From Alphaproteobacteria bacterium (lineage in GTDB: Bacteria > Pseudomonadota > Alphaproteobacteria > MPNO01 > UBA830), in assembly GCA_965243135.1 (NCBI GenBank), contig OZ251539.1, forward strand, positions 4,384,001-4,448,000: DNA of 64,000 nucleotides. The letters are read 5' to 3'. How positions within the stretch are numbered: the first letter of the stretch is position 1; every line of letters begins with the position of its first letter. The notes beneath the pieces were generated by a model, which was given only the letters and a program-made list of their open reading frames with translations, searched no databases and was not told the DNA's origin. Positions 9,682 through 19,538 of the stretch are shown here, piece after piece. A program made the position numbers and the translations under genes.

Positions 9682-10532
9682 CCTTCGAGACCGTTCCGCT
9701 CTCGGACGCGCTCGGCGCCGAGATAAAAGGGCTCGACCTGTCGCGACCGATCGACGAAGCGACCGCCGCGGCGATCGAAAACGCCTGGGCCGAGCATATC
9801 GTGCTTCTGTTCCGCGATCAGCGCCTCGACGAGGACCGCCAGCTCGCGTTCGCCGCGCGCTTCGGCGAACTCGGCGCGCGCGCCCGTCCGCCGGAGCGCC
9901 GTCCCGAAGGGGCGGACTACAACGACGCCGTCATGCTGGTCTCGAACGTCAAGAGGAACGGCGCCTACATCGGCTCGCTCCAGGACGGCGAGATGTGGTT
10001 CCACCACGACATGTGCTACGACCCCGCGCCCTACAAGGGAACCTTTCTCTACGCGATCGAGCTTCCGTCGACGGGAGGCAACACGCTGTTCGCCAACATG
10101 TACAAGGCCTACGAACGGCTCCCGGCGGCGACGCGAGAACGCATCCGCGGGCGGCGCGCCTTGCAGGTCTACGATTTCGCGATGCGCGAGCGAGTCGACA
10201 TCTCGGAAGACATCCGGAAGTACAAGCACTGCGTGCAACCGGTGTCGATCTCGCATCCGGTCACCGGGCGGCGGGCGCTATACGTCAACCCGCTGATCAC
10301 CGCGCGCATCGAGGGCCTTCCCGAGCGCGAGAGCGACGAACTGCTCGAAGAGCTCTTCGCGTTCACGCAGGACCGGGAGATCATCTACGAGCACGAATGG
10401 CGGATCGGAGACCTGACGATGTGGGACAATTGGAGTTCGTGTCACGCGCGGACGGATTTTCCCGCCGCCGAGCGGCGGATGCTGCGGCGTTGCATCATCA
10501 AGGGACAGCCGCTTTACGAGGAGGCGACATGA
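9678..10532 (+). CDS. TauD/TfdA-family dioxygenase (paralog 2)
   Basis: ATGA overlap; FHHD, GGNTLFANM, WDNW..H.R. Confidence 0.93.
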   Translation: MTFETVPLSDALGAEIKGLDLSRPIDEATAAAIENAWAEHIVLLFRDQRLDEDRQLAFAARFGELGARARPPERRPEGADYNDAVMLVSNVKRNGAYIGSLQDGEMWFHHDMCYDPAPYKGTFLYAIELPSTGGNTLFANMYKAYERLPAATRERIRGRRALQVYDFAMRERVDISEDIRKYKHCVQPVSISHPVTGRRALYVNPLITARIEGLPERESDELLEELFAFTQDREIIYEHEWRIGDLTMWDNWSSCHARTDFPAAERRMLRRCIIKGQPLYEEAT

Positions 10533-11374
10533 CGTTCGACATCGCCAAGCTGGCGCCCGCCATCGGGGCCGAGATCCGCGGCATCGACCTCAACAGGGAC
10601 CAGTCCCCGGAGACGGTCGCGGCGATCAACCGGATCTGGCTGGAGCACGTCATCCTGCTGTTCCGCGGCCAGAACCTGACGCCGGAACGTCAGGTCCACG
10701 TCACCCGCTGGTTCGGCGAGCTCGGGTATCTGGCGCGTCCCAAGGAATTCCGCACCAGCGGACACGACGAACTGCCGGACGGCGTGATGCTGATCTCCAA
10801 CATCCGCGAGAACGGCGAGCCGATCGGGGCCTTGCCCGACGGCGAGATGATGTTCCATCACGACATGATGCACGCGGAAGTCCCGCACAAGGCGACCATG
10901 CTGTATGCGGTCGAGATTCCGTCGACCGGCGGGAATACGCTGTTCGCCAACGGATACGCCGCCTACGACACGCTGCCGGACGAAATCCGCCGACCGCTGG
11001 AAGGGCGACGCGCCTTTCACCATTACAATTACGGCTCGGTGAAGAAGGGCGACGGCAAGGGAACGCCCGCGTTCGCGCAGTCCGATCATCCGGTCTTCCG
11101 CACCCATGACCAGACCGGAAAGAAGGCGATCTACGTCAACCGCCTGATGACCGAAGGCATCCTCGACATGGATCAGGAGGAAGCCGACGGGCTGCTCGCC
11201 GTGGTGTTCGATCATTCGGAAAGGCGGGAGTTCGTCTACGAGCACGAATGGCGGGTGGGAGATCTGCTGTTGTGGGACAACCGGTGCTCCATGCACGCGC
11301 GCACGGATTTCCCGGAGAACGAACGCCGGCTGCTCTGGAGAACCACGGTGTCCGGCGACGGCCCGCCGGCATAG
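10529..11374 (+). CDS. TauD/TfdA-family dioxygenase (paralog 3)
   Basis: GGAGG RBS, ATGA overlap; FHHD, GGNTLFAN, WDNRCSMHAR. Confidence 0.93.
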   Translation: MTFDIAKLAPAIGAEIRGIDLNRDQSPETVAAINRIWLEHVILLFRGQNLTPERQVHVTRWFGELGYLARPKEFRTSGHDELPDGVMLISNIRENGEPIGALPDGEMMFHHDMMHAEVPHKATMLYAVEIPSTGGNTLFANGYAAYDTLPDEIRRPLEGRRAFHHYNYGSVKKGDGKGTPAFAQSDHPVFRTHDQTGKKAIYVNRLMTEGILDMDQEEADGLLAVVFDHSERREFVYEHEWRVGDLLLWDNRCSMHARTDFPENERRLLWRTTVSGDGPPA

Positions 11375-11378
11375 GCGT

Positions 11379-12191
11379 ATGGGCAAGCTTCTCACGGACG
11401 AACAGGTTGCCGCGTACCGAGAGGACGGCTGCGTTTTTCCCTTTCGCGCCGACGGGCCGGAAGAGGCCGCGGCGAATTACCGACGTTACGCCGCGCTGGA
11501 AGCCGCGACCGGCGCGGAGCCGCAATCCCGATACAAGATCAAGGCGCATCTGCCTTTCCCGTGGATGTGGAACATCGTGCGCAACCGCAACATCCTCGAC
11601 GCGGTGGAGGATTTGATCGGTTCGGACATCCTGTGCTGGGGCTCGTCGTTCTTCACGAAGAAGGCCGGAGACCGCCGCTTCGTTTCGTGGCATCAGGACT
11701 CGACCTATTACGGACTTTCCGAGCCCGAAACCGTCACCGTCTGGTACGCCTTCACGAAGTCCGACGCGGAGGCGGGCTGCATGAGATTCATCCCGGGATC
11801 GCACCGGGACGGCATCCTCGAGCACGACGAGACCTGGGCGAAGGACAATCTCCTCATGCGCGGCCAGACCGTCCGCGGCATCGACGAGGCGGCGGCGGTC
11901 GACGTGCAGCTCGAACCGGGCGAGTTCTCGATCCATCATGAATCCGTGGTGCACGGATCGGGGCCCAACGACGCCGGTCACGAGCGCATCGGCCTTTCCA
12001 TCCATTACGTCGCGCCCCGAATTCGCCAGACCCGCCTCGGCCACGCCGCCGCGACCCTGGTGCGGGGCGCCGACACGCACGGTCACTGGCTCGAAGATCC
12101 GGAACCGGCCGGGGATTTCGACCCGGCCTGCCTCGCGGCCCTCGACGCCACCTACGGCGAGTACCGATCGGGCGTAGGCAAGCGGAACTGA
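11379..12191 (+). CDS. Phytanoyl-CoA dioxygenase (PhyH) family protein
   Basis: WHQD, GCMRFIPGSH, HGSGPN and RIGLSIHY motifs. Confidence 0.92.
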   Translation: MGKLLTDEQVAAYREDGCVFPFRADGPEEAAANYRRYAALEAATGAEPQSRYKIKAHLPFPWMWNIVRNRNILDAVEDLIGSDILCWGSSFFTKKAGDRRFVSWHQDSTYYGLSEPETVTVWYAFTKSDAEAGCMRFIPGSHRDGILEHDETWAKDNLLMRGQTVRGIDEAAAVDVQLEPGEFSIHHESVVHGSGPNDAGHERIGLSIHYVAPRIRQTRLGHAAATLVRGADTHGHWLEDPEPAGDFDPACLAALDATYGEYRSGVGKRN

Positions 12192-12329
12192 TGCCGAAGG
12201 TTCCGACCGGGGAGCAGCCGAACCGCGGCGCCGCGACGGCGGCCGGTCGGCCTGCCGTCCGCAAGCGGAGACGCCGCTGGAATCGGGGCGGGCGTCGTTC
12301 CGCGAGACCATGCGCTCGTCCGACGACGC

Positions 12330-12490
12330 TTTGCTATCCATCTCGCGCCCGCCGCGCGGACGCATTTCGAGAACGCGGCGGCGTCCGTGCGGCCAAGACC
12401 GACGCGGCCGCCGGATCGAAGAGCCGGATTGCGAAATGCCGCCGGAGAGCCTGCGCGCGGCCGACGAGCGCCTGCGCCGCTGCGAGACCG
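12330..12490 (+). pseudogene. Possible decayed 3' end of a PhyH paralog
   Basis: Broken frames FAIHLAPAARTHFENAAASVR and EEPDCEMPPESLRAADERL parallel the C-terminus of the upstream PhyH. Confidence 0.35.
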
Positions 12491-12523
12491 CGACGCCGAT
12501 ACCCAACAGCCCGGGAGCGCGAC

Positions 12524-13000
12524 ATGACAGAAACGAAAACCGCGGGCTTCGATCCGCTGCAGTTGCCCGCCACGATCCGAAATCCCTACCCGCCGCCCTA
12601 CGACGACGTCCTGTCCGGACGCCGCCGCCGGGGGATCGGCGACCCGCACGGACTCACGGCGTTTGGGGTCAATCTCACGGACCTCGATCCGGGCGGCGTT
12701 TCCGCGCTGCGCCACTGGCACACGAAGGAGGACGAGTTCGTCTACGTCGTGGAGGGAACGCCGACGCTGGTCACCGACTCCGGGGAGCAGCTTCTGGAAC
12801 CGGGCATGTGCGCCTGTTTCCCTGCGAATTCCGGCGACGGGCACCGGCTCGAAAACCGCACCGACGGCGTCGTCCGCTATCTCGAAATCGGCAACCGGTC
12901 GAACGGCGAGGAAGTTCATTACCCGGATTCGGACATGATCCTAGAGAAATCGGAAGACGGCGAGCGGCGTTTCCGGCGCATGGACGGCACTCCCTATTGA
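12524..13000 (+). CDS. Cupin domain protein
   Basis: GLTAFGVNL, SALRHWHTKEDEFVYVVEG and GHRLEN motifs. Confidence 0.9.
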   Translation: MTETKTAGFDPLQLPATIRNPYPPPYDDVLSGRRRRGIGDPHGLTAFGVNLTDLDPGGVSALRHWHTKEDEFVYVVEGTPTLVTDSGEQLLEPGMCACFPANSGDGHRLENRTDGVVRYLEIGNRSNGEEVHYPDSDMILEKSEDGERRFRRMDGTPY

Positions 13001-13917
13001 TCCGGCGCGGCCTCGAGGCGATCGCCGACAGGGCCGCGCCGCTCATGGCCGGCGCGTTGATCGCCGGCTTCGCGATACCGGCGGTCTCGGATTTTTTCCG
13101 TTCCGTCATCCTGCACGCCATCGTCGTCGTTCTCACGGTGGCGATGATCCGTCTGGACGTGAACCGCTTCCGGGCCTACGCCCGGCGGCCCGCGACGCTC
13201 GCCGCGATCGCGGCCGTCAACATGGTCGCGGCGCCGTTGTTCGTCTGGGCCGCGCTGCGCCAGTTCCAGGCGCCGTCAGCCCTCGAACAGGGGCTGATCC
13301 TGATGGCGGCGGCTCCCATGATCAGCTCGGCGATCGCGCTGGCGGCCATTCTCGAACTCGACACGGCGCTCGCCGTCGCGGTCATGGTCGCGACCTATGC
13401 CGTGGCGCCGCTGACGCTGCCGGTCCTTTCCCTGTGGCTGATCGATCTCGACATCGACGCGGGCGAAATTTTCGTTCGTCTTTTCGGGCTGGTCGCCGGT
13501 CCGGCGCTCGCGGCCTTCCTTTTGCGGCGATGGCGGCCGGCGCGGAGCGCGCGCTACGCCCGCGCGATCGACGGGATCGGCGTTCTCGCGGTGGTCGCGT
13601 TCTGCCTCGGGATCATGTCGGGCCTCCAGGAATTCGCGCTGGATAATCCCGGCTACGTCGGGCTGACGCTGGCGGCCGCCTTCGCGGCCAATATCGGCCT
13701 TCAGGCGTTCGGCACGGCGCTCTTTCTGCGCATAGGGCGGCGCGAGGCTTTGACGGTCGGGCTCGTGACCGGCAACACCAATCTCGGCTTGGTCATGGTG
13801 ACGCTGGCCGACAGGGCCTCGCCGGAACTAGTGGCTTATTTCGTGCTCGGGCAGGTGCCGATGTATTTCCTGCCGGTCTTCGCGCTTCCCGTCTACCGCC
13901 GATTGATGCGCGAATGA
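12997..13917 (+). CDS. Bile acid:sodium symporter (BASS)-like transporter
   Basis: TTG start overlapping the cupin stop; multi-TM; GNTNLGL motif; paralog of the next gene. Confidence 0.75.
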   Translation: MIRRGLEAIADRAAPLMAGALIAGFAIPAVSDFFRSVILHAIVVVLTVAMIRLDVNRFRAYARRPATLAAIAAVNMVAAPLFVWAALRQFQAPSALEQGLILMAAAPMISSAIALAAILELDTALAVAVMVATYAVAPLTLPVLSLWLIDLDIDAGEIFVRLFGLVAGPALAAFLLRRWRPARSARYARAIDGIGVLAVVAFCLGIMSGLQEFALDNPGYVGLTLAAAFAANIGLQAFGTALFLRIGRREALTVGLVTGNTNLGLVMVTLADRASPELVAYFVLGQVPMYFLPVFALPVYRRLMRE

Positions 13918-14846
13918 TCGCGCTGCGCGCGCTCGACCTGATCGGCGTTCGGGCGACCTGGATGCTGGCGGGCGGCGTTTTCCTCGGCATCGCGTGGCAA
14001 CCGCTGGCGGACGCGCTCGCGCCCTGGCTGGAGGCGATGATCGTCCTCAACCTGTCGCTGTCGATGATGCGGATCGAGCCCTCGAGGTTCGTTTCCCATC
14101 TGAAGCGCCCCGGCCCGGCCGCGGCCGCGTTCGGATTCTCGATGATCGGCGCGCCGTTGCTGGTCTGGGGCCTGGCGGAGTCGACGGGAACGGGCGGCGC
14201 GCTCGGCGCCGGCATCGTTTTTCATGCGTTGACGACGCCGATCATGTCGGCGCCGGCGCTCTGCCTTCTGTTCGGCCTCGACGCGGCGCTGGCGCTGGCG
14301 GTCACCGTTCTTTCCTACGCGCTGGTGCCGTTCACCCTTCCGCCCATGGCGCTGTGGCTGCTGGGAATCGAGCTCGACCTGACGGCGCTCGAACTGGCAT
14401 GGCGCCTCGGCCGCATCGTCGGGATCAGCTTCGCGATCGCGCTGATCGCCCGGCGCTTCGCCGCGACCCGCGGGCTGATCGAAACGCACGCTTCGCGCAT
14501 CGACGGGGTTCTGGTGATCGTCATGGTCGGCGTCGCGGTGTCGCTGATGTCGGGATTGCCGGAATACGCGGCGGCGAGGCCCGGCTACACGGCGGTCGCG
14601 ACGGCCATGGCGTTCGCGACGAACGTCGCGCTGCAGGCGGCCGGCGCGGCGGCGTTCTGGCGGCTCGGGCGCCGCGCCGCCGTCACCGTCGGACTGATCA
14701 CCGGCAACACCAATGTCGCGCTCGTTCTGGCGGCGGTCTCGGAAAGCGCGTCCTACGACCTGCTGGTTTATTTCGTGGTCGGGCAGTTTCCGATCTATAC
14801 GCTGCCGCTGGTCGCGGTGCCGATCTACCGGAAGATCGCGCGATAG
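13914..14846 (+). CDS. Bile acid:sodium symporter (BASS)-like transporter, paralog
   Basis: ATGA overlap; GNTNVAL and GQFPIYTLP motifs shared with the previous gene. Confidence 0.75.
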   Translation: MIALRALDLIGVRATWMLAGGVFLGIAWQPLADALAPWLEAMIVLNLSLSMMRIEPSRFVSHLKRPGPAAAAFGFSMIGAPLLVWGLAESTGTGGALGAGIVFHALTTPIMSAPALCLLFGLDAALALAVTVLSYALVPFTLPPMALWLLGIELDLTALELAWRLGRIVGISFAIALIARRFAATRGLIETHASRIDGVLVIVMVGVAVSLMSGLPEYAAARPGYTAVATAMAFATNVALQAAGAAAFWRLGRRAAVTVGLITGNTNVALVLAAVSESASYDLLVYFVVGQFPIYTLPLVAVPIYRKIAR

Positions 14847-15080
14847 CCGCGACCGGCGGACATCGCCGCGCCCTTGGCCGGGACGCTTCCAAGCCGCGGC
14901 CGCTCCGGGGCCGAAGCCGGCCGAAACGAACCGGGAGCGCGAATTCGTTCCGCGCCGCGATCTCTCCCTGGAGCCGTCGAACGCAGGCGACCGCATTCCC
15001 GTATTTCGCCGAGCCTTGGCAGCCCTCTTCGCCTTTGCCCATCGCCGCGTTCCGGTCGGCACGGCGCCGTCGCGAGGCGG

Positions 15081-18047
15081 TCATGGAAGCCCTTGCGAAG
15101 GGTCCGGGACGAACGAAACGCCCGCCTTTCTTTCTTCGATCAGCCGATCGACTTCGGCTGCGACGGCCATGATTTCGGCCGGCGCGCGCACGGGCTCGCC
15201 GACACGGCGGCGCAGAGCAACCAGCAGTGGCGCAAGCCTGGCGGATCCGTCCTCGTCCGCGGCGAGCGCCTCCGCCAGACCGCGCTCCGGCGCGCCGCAT
15301 GCGACTAGTTCGATCGCGAGCACGAGAAACTCCCGCAACTCTGCCGCATTGTCGGCGTCGTACATGGCCCAAGCGGCCCGGAAAGCGTCGAGCACCGACG
15401 CGTACTCTTTCCGAACGGCCAGCGCCATCATTCGCGGCCATGCCGCGCGGCGGCGCCACTGTTCGTTTTCCTTCAGCTCGTTCAGCTTGAGATCGAGTTC
15501 GTCGCACGTGCGCAAGGCGGCGTCCGCACGTCCGATCCCAGCCTCTACCCAAGCCTTCTGCCACAACGCTCCGACGACCCACGGCCGGAAGTCATGGTGG
15601 TCATTGGCGTCAAACCGCCGCACGAGCCTGTCCCAAGTCGCGATCGCGTCCTCCGATCGGCCGGCCAGTGCTTGCGCCGCCGCTTTGGCGGCCAACGCAG
15701 TAGCGATGTGCGGCTGAACACTTCCTTCGCGTTCCGCTCCGAATCGCCCGTCGATCTCTTCGGCAACCGCGATGGCTTCCGGAGCCCGCCCCAGCTGCAC
15801 CAACGCGGACGCCCTAGTCGCCAGCGCCATCGCAACGGCGTCGCGCAAAACCGGATCGTTCGAAACTCCGAATCGCCCGTCGATCTCGACGCAGAGATCA
15901 ATCGCGTCCGAGCTCCGCTCAAGCTGCACCAGCTCGCACGCCTTCGCCGCCAACGCTCGAGCAACCGCTTCGCGGAAAATCGGCTCGCTCGCGGATTCGA
16001 AACGCCTCGCGATCTCGTCGCAAGCCGAAATCGCAGCCTCATGATTCTCGCGCCACACCAGCCATTCGACCACGGACGACAGCGCCGCGCACACGATTTC
16101 CCGAAGCTCCGAACTTTCGTCGCCTCCAAATTCGTCGACCAGCGCGTCGCAGGTTGCAATGGCGGCATCAATGTCGCCGATCCCGTTCTGAAGGATGCCC
16201 TTGCTGTAAAGCGTCCGTGCAACGACCTCGCGACGCTCGGCATCTTCGTCCGCTCCGAGACAGCGGTCGACCTCGTTCCAGGCAGCAATCGCCGCTTCGG
16301 CATCGCCGATTTGGTCCAGCATAACCCCCTTGTTGTACAAGGCTTTGGCAGCCGTCAGCCGAAGCGGTGGCGCGGCATCGTCGCCGCAATATCCGATTGC
16401 CTCATCAAAGGTTGCTATCGCCGCCGCCGAATCTCCAAGCATGTGTTCCGAAGCGCCCTTGGCGAGGCAGGCCATAGCGACCTGTTCCCGCAGCGCAACG
16501 CGCCCGGCGAAACGTTCGATCGCATCGGCGCAGACGGCAATGGCGGCCGGGTGATCGTCCAGTGCCGCGTGTGCTCTTCCCTTCATCACCATCGCCCGCA
16601 CGACATCCGTCCCGGTTCCCGGGCGCTCGTCCCGGAGGACACGGTTGGCCAGTTCCACGACGCGCTCGTAATCCTCGCCTTCGAACGCGGCCGCGACCCG
16701 CGCAAAAAGATCCGCGCGTTCGTCCGTTCCGGCTCGACGGTCCGAAGCGGCGTGCGCTTCGTGAAAGATCAAACCGGCGAGTCGGGGTTCCATGGCCACG
16801 GCCAAGCGGACGCCTTCCTGAACCGCCGCGGAGGCTCCCGCCTGCGAAGCGGCGAGAATCCGCCGCAGATCCGTGTCGGCGAAACAGGCCGACATGAACA
16901 GAACGAGACTCCGCACGACGAACGCCTGTCCATGTTCTCGGCGGAGCTTGTAGTAGAAGCAATAAAGGCCCTCGGCGGCCGAATAGAGCCGCTTCCTGCG
17001 GGAGCCTTCCGTCAGAACGGCGCCCCGGTCGACAAGCCTGCCGAGCATGGTCGAAACCGTTCGGACGTCCAGCGAGGCGCGAGCCGCTATCTCCCCCGCG
17101 GTCGACGGTTGCCAGAGATCGACCAGAGCCAGAAAGACGCGGCGCTCGATCCTGGGCATTCCATCCAGGTAACTTCGGAAATACTCGGTGTGAACGTCGA
17201 TCAGGGTCGCCAGCTCTTCCATCAGGCGGTCCAGGGAAAGATGGCGGGCGAAACGGGCGACGATGACCAGCAACCTGGGGCTGCCGCCGGTGAGGATTCG
17301 GATGGGTTCGATTTCGCGCTCGGACCTCTCGTCCCCTCCGACGGCCCGCCACAGGCGCTGGCAGGATCCGGCATCGAGAGGTTTCAGACACAGCGTGCGG
17401 AAGAGTTCGAAGAAGGCGTGCCCGGCATCGTCGAGCGCCTCGAAGCGGCTCGTAGCGGTGGCGATCAGGGTTAGGCGCGGTTCGGTTTGCAACGCCTGGC
17501 GCAACCCCCACCCGAAGTCGTCGTCGACGGCATCGGAAAGGGCGTGCAGGTTTTCCACCATGAGGACGAGATGCCGATCAAGCGACTCGCCCGCGCCCAT
17601 AACGGCCGCGCGCGCCCTATCGGCGAGTTCGCGCTCGCGCCAGCGGGACTTCAGATCCGCATGCGATGCGCGGAGTTCGCGAGACAGTTCGGGTTCGACC
17701 GCGGCGAGTTCGTTCGCAAGATAGAACAGCGCTTCGAGCCAGAAATCGGCGAGGGAGAAGACCTCATGACTCTCCTCCATGAACCTCACCGGCAGGAAGC
17801 GCCGGGAGCGTTCCTCGTCGACCCGGAGTTCGGCTGCGAGACGCGCCAGCAACATGGTCTTGCCGCGGCCGCGAGGCGCGACAACCAGGACGTGCTGGCA
17901 CGATGGCGAGTCGAGGTTTTCCTGCACGATCCGGAGCACGGTCTCCAGTTCGACGTTCCGGACCGCGTACTGCGCGATCACTTCGTTGTCGGACTGAAAG
18001 AGTCCGGGGTTGAATTCGCGGACCGTCGGCGGCTGCGGTTCGTTCAT
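15081..18047 (-). CDS. P-loop ATPase-winged helix-TPR protein (988 aa), cassette copy 1
   Basis: Walker A APRGRGKT, Walker B-like LMVEN, TGGSPRL, wHTH TAGEIAARASLD...LGRLVDRG, then TPR-like repeats; start overlaps the upstream stop (TGATG). Confidence 0.88.
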   Translation of the reverse strand: MNEPQPPTVREFNPGLFQSDNEVIAQYAVRNVELETVLRIVQENLDSPSCQHVLVVAPRGRGKTMLLARLAAELRVDEERSRRFLPVRFMEESHEVFSLADFWLEALFYLANELAAVEPELSRELRASHADLKSRWRERELADRARAAVMGAGESLDRHLVLMVENLHALSDAVDDDFGWGLRQALQTEPRLTLIATATSRFEALDDAGHAFFELFRTLCLKPLDAGSCQRLWRAVGGDERSEREIEPIRILTGGSPRLLVIVARFARHLSLDRLMEELATLIDVHTEYFRSYLDGMPRIERRVFLALVDLWQPSTAGEIAARASLDVRTVSTMLGRLVDRGAVLTEGSRRKRLYSAAEGLYCFYYKLRREHGQAFVVRSLVLFMSACFADTDLRRILAASQAGASAAVQEGVRLAVAMEPRLAGLIFHEAHAASDRRAGTDERADLFARVAAAFEGEDYERVVELANRVLRDERPGTGTDVVRAMVMKGRAHAALDDHPAAIAVCADAIERFAGRVALREQVAMACLAKGASEHMLGDSAAAIATFDEAIGYCGDDAAPPLRLTAAKALYNKGVMLDQIGDAEAAIAAWNEVDRCLGADEDAERREVVARTLYSKGILQNGIGDIDAAIATCDALVDEFGGDESSELREIVCAALSSVVEWLVWRENHEAAISACDEIARRFESASEPIFREAVARALAAKACELVQLERSSDAIDLCVEIDGRFGVSNDPVLRDAVAMALATRASALVQLGRAPEAIAVAEEIDGRFGAEREGSVQPHIATALAAKAAAQALAGRSEDAIATWDRLVRRFDANDHHDFRPWVVGALWQKAWVEAGIGRADAALRTCDELDLKLNELKENEQWRRRAAWPRMMALAVRKEYASVLDAFRAAWAMYDADNAAELREFLVLAIELVACGAPERGLAEALAADEDGSARLAPLLVALRRRVGEPVRAPAEIMAVAAEVDRLIEERKAGVSFVPDPSQGLP

Positions 18048-19270
18048 CAGGAGGCTTTCCGAACGGCGTTGCGCTTCGCCAAGGGCGCATGGTGGCCGCG
18101 GAAGCGGCCCGCCCACCAATCCCGAAGCAAGCGGAAGGAGAAACGGTAGCCGCCAAGGCTCGGCTCGAGATAGCCGTCATGTTCGAGCACGCCGAGCGCC
18201 TCCCTGACGCGCTCGGGCGCGTCGTCGACGGCGTATTTCCGCTCGAGCTCGCGCTGCGCATCGGGCGAGAAAACTTTCCAAACGGCAGCTTCGGCGAGGA
18301 TCTCCATGGCGATGCAGTAGGTGTCGTCGTCGAGCGCCTCGCGCAGGCGCGTCTCGTAGTGCATGAGGTTGCCATGTCCCGGAGGACCGAGAAGTCCGGT
18401 GCGATAGGTTTCCTCGACGTCGGCCACGAATACGGCGGAGCCGTCCCGCATTCTGGAAAGGTCCCACAGGTGAGCGAAATGCCGCTGCACGAAGTGGGGG
18501 ATGCCAAGGCCGAGCGCGTCGTAGACGGCGCAGGCGACATCTTCCCCGGCTTCCAGTCCATTGCTTTCCGCAAGTCGGCGAAAGCAGGCGACGCTGGTGT
18601 CGCGATCCCACGGTTCGAGTCGAAACGGAGCCAGATGGTTGATGCGGTCGGACATGCCGAGCCGGTCGACAAGAGGAGCGAGTCCGATGCTGCCCGAAAG
18701 AATCGCCACGAGGGAACCGGCCTCAAGCGTCTGAAACGCATGGCGCATCCAGCTCAGAAATTCGTCGACCCGCCGCTCTCCTTCGGGGTCTCGCAGCAAG
18801 CGCGACAGGAAGACCGGCAGTTCGTCGACGACGAGGAAGACCGGCCGCTCGTGGCCGGCGCAGGTTGCAAACAGTCCGTCACCGACGCGGCGCCAATTGC
18901 CGGCGTTCAGTTCGGCGCGGAATTTCACGCGGAAGTCGGCGGCGGAAATTTCCTCGACGTTCCGCAGTATCGAGCTCATGCCATCGGCAAGGCGTTTCAC
19001 GATGGAACGCGCGAGATGGGCGGCCCGCGCCAGTTCGGCGATGGCGTCCTCGGGGCACGCGGCGTGCTCGACATCGGCGAACAAGGACACCCAGCCATCG
19101 GCCTCCAGTCTTCGTCCGATCTCGCGGGCGATGCTGGTCTTGCCCATGCGGCGTTGCCCGGACAGCAGGACATGATTGCCGTTGCAGATCCGATTTTCAA
19201 GGATCTTGAGTTCGGCTTCGCGTCCGTGGAAGTCATCCCCGACCACCCACCGACCGGTAGCGGATTTCAT
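18047..19270 (-). CDS. STAND-related P-loop ATPase with C-terminal wHTH (407 aa), cassette copy 1
   Basis: FHGREAEL, Walker A GQRRMGKTS, Walker B LVVDE, C-terminal LEHDGYL...LLRDWW. Confidence 0.88.
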   Translation of the reverse strand: MKSATGRWVVGDDFHGREAELKILENRICNGNHVLLSGQRRMGKTSIAREIGRRLEADGWVSLFADVEHAACPEDAIAELARAAHLARSIVKRLADGMSSILRNVEEISAADFRVKFRAELNAGNWRRVGDGLFATCAGHERPVFLVVDELPVFLSRLLRDPEGERRVDEFLSWMRHAFQTLEAGSLVAILSGSIGLAPLVDRLGMSDRINHLAPFRLEPWDRDTSVACFRRLAESNGLEAGEDVACAVYDALGLGIPHFVQRHFAHLWDLSRMRDGSAVFVADVEETYRTGLLGPPGHGNLMHYETRLREALDDDTYCIAMEILAEAAVWKVFSPDAQRELERKYAVDDAPERVREALGVLEHDGYLEPSLGGYRFSFRLLRDWWAGRFRGHHAPLAKRNAVRKAS

Positions 19271-19311
19271 GGCGCATCCTTTCTTCAACCTTTCGGATGC
19301 ATATTGGGATA

Positions 19312-19340
19312 CAACAAACAAGTTGTCAACTATTTTGTTG
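19312..19340. promoter_or_regulatory. Tandem CAAC-N6-GTTG palindromes, putative operator of ATPase cassette 1
   Basis: caacaaacaagttgtcaactattttgttg; same geometry at 63098-63126. Confidence 0.55.
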
Positions 19341-19538
19341 ACTACAATCCGGTGGATTTAATTGGAAGGCTGCCCGGTCTTCGCGTACCTGTCCCGTCCG
19401 GCCGCGGTTCGGAACGCCTCGACGCGCGGCCGGGAGCTTTCCGAGCGACGAGCGCGCAGCAGCTGTGGCCGGCGCCAGAGAAAGGAATGCAAGCAGTTCG
19501 CCTGGCAGAAACTCCGCTGCGCGCCTGCACCGCGAGCG

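Noticed and set aside
15081-18047. Assignment to Avs or NACHT-type systems
   Set aside because: No N-terminal effector domain, and it is paired with a second ATPase gene in both copies; left unassigned pending HMM searches
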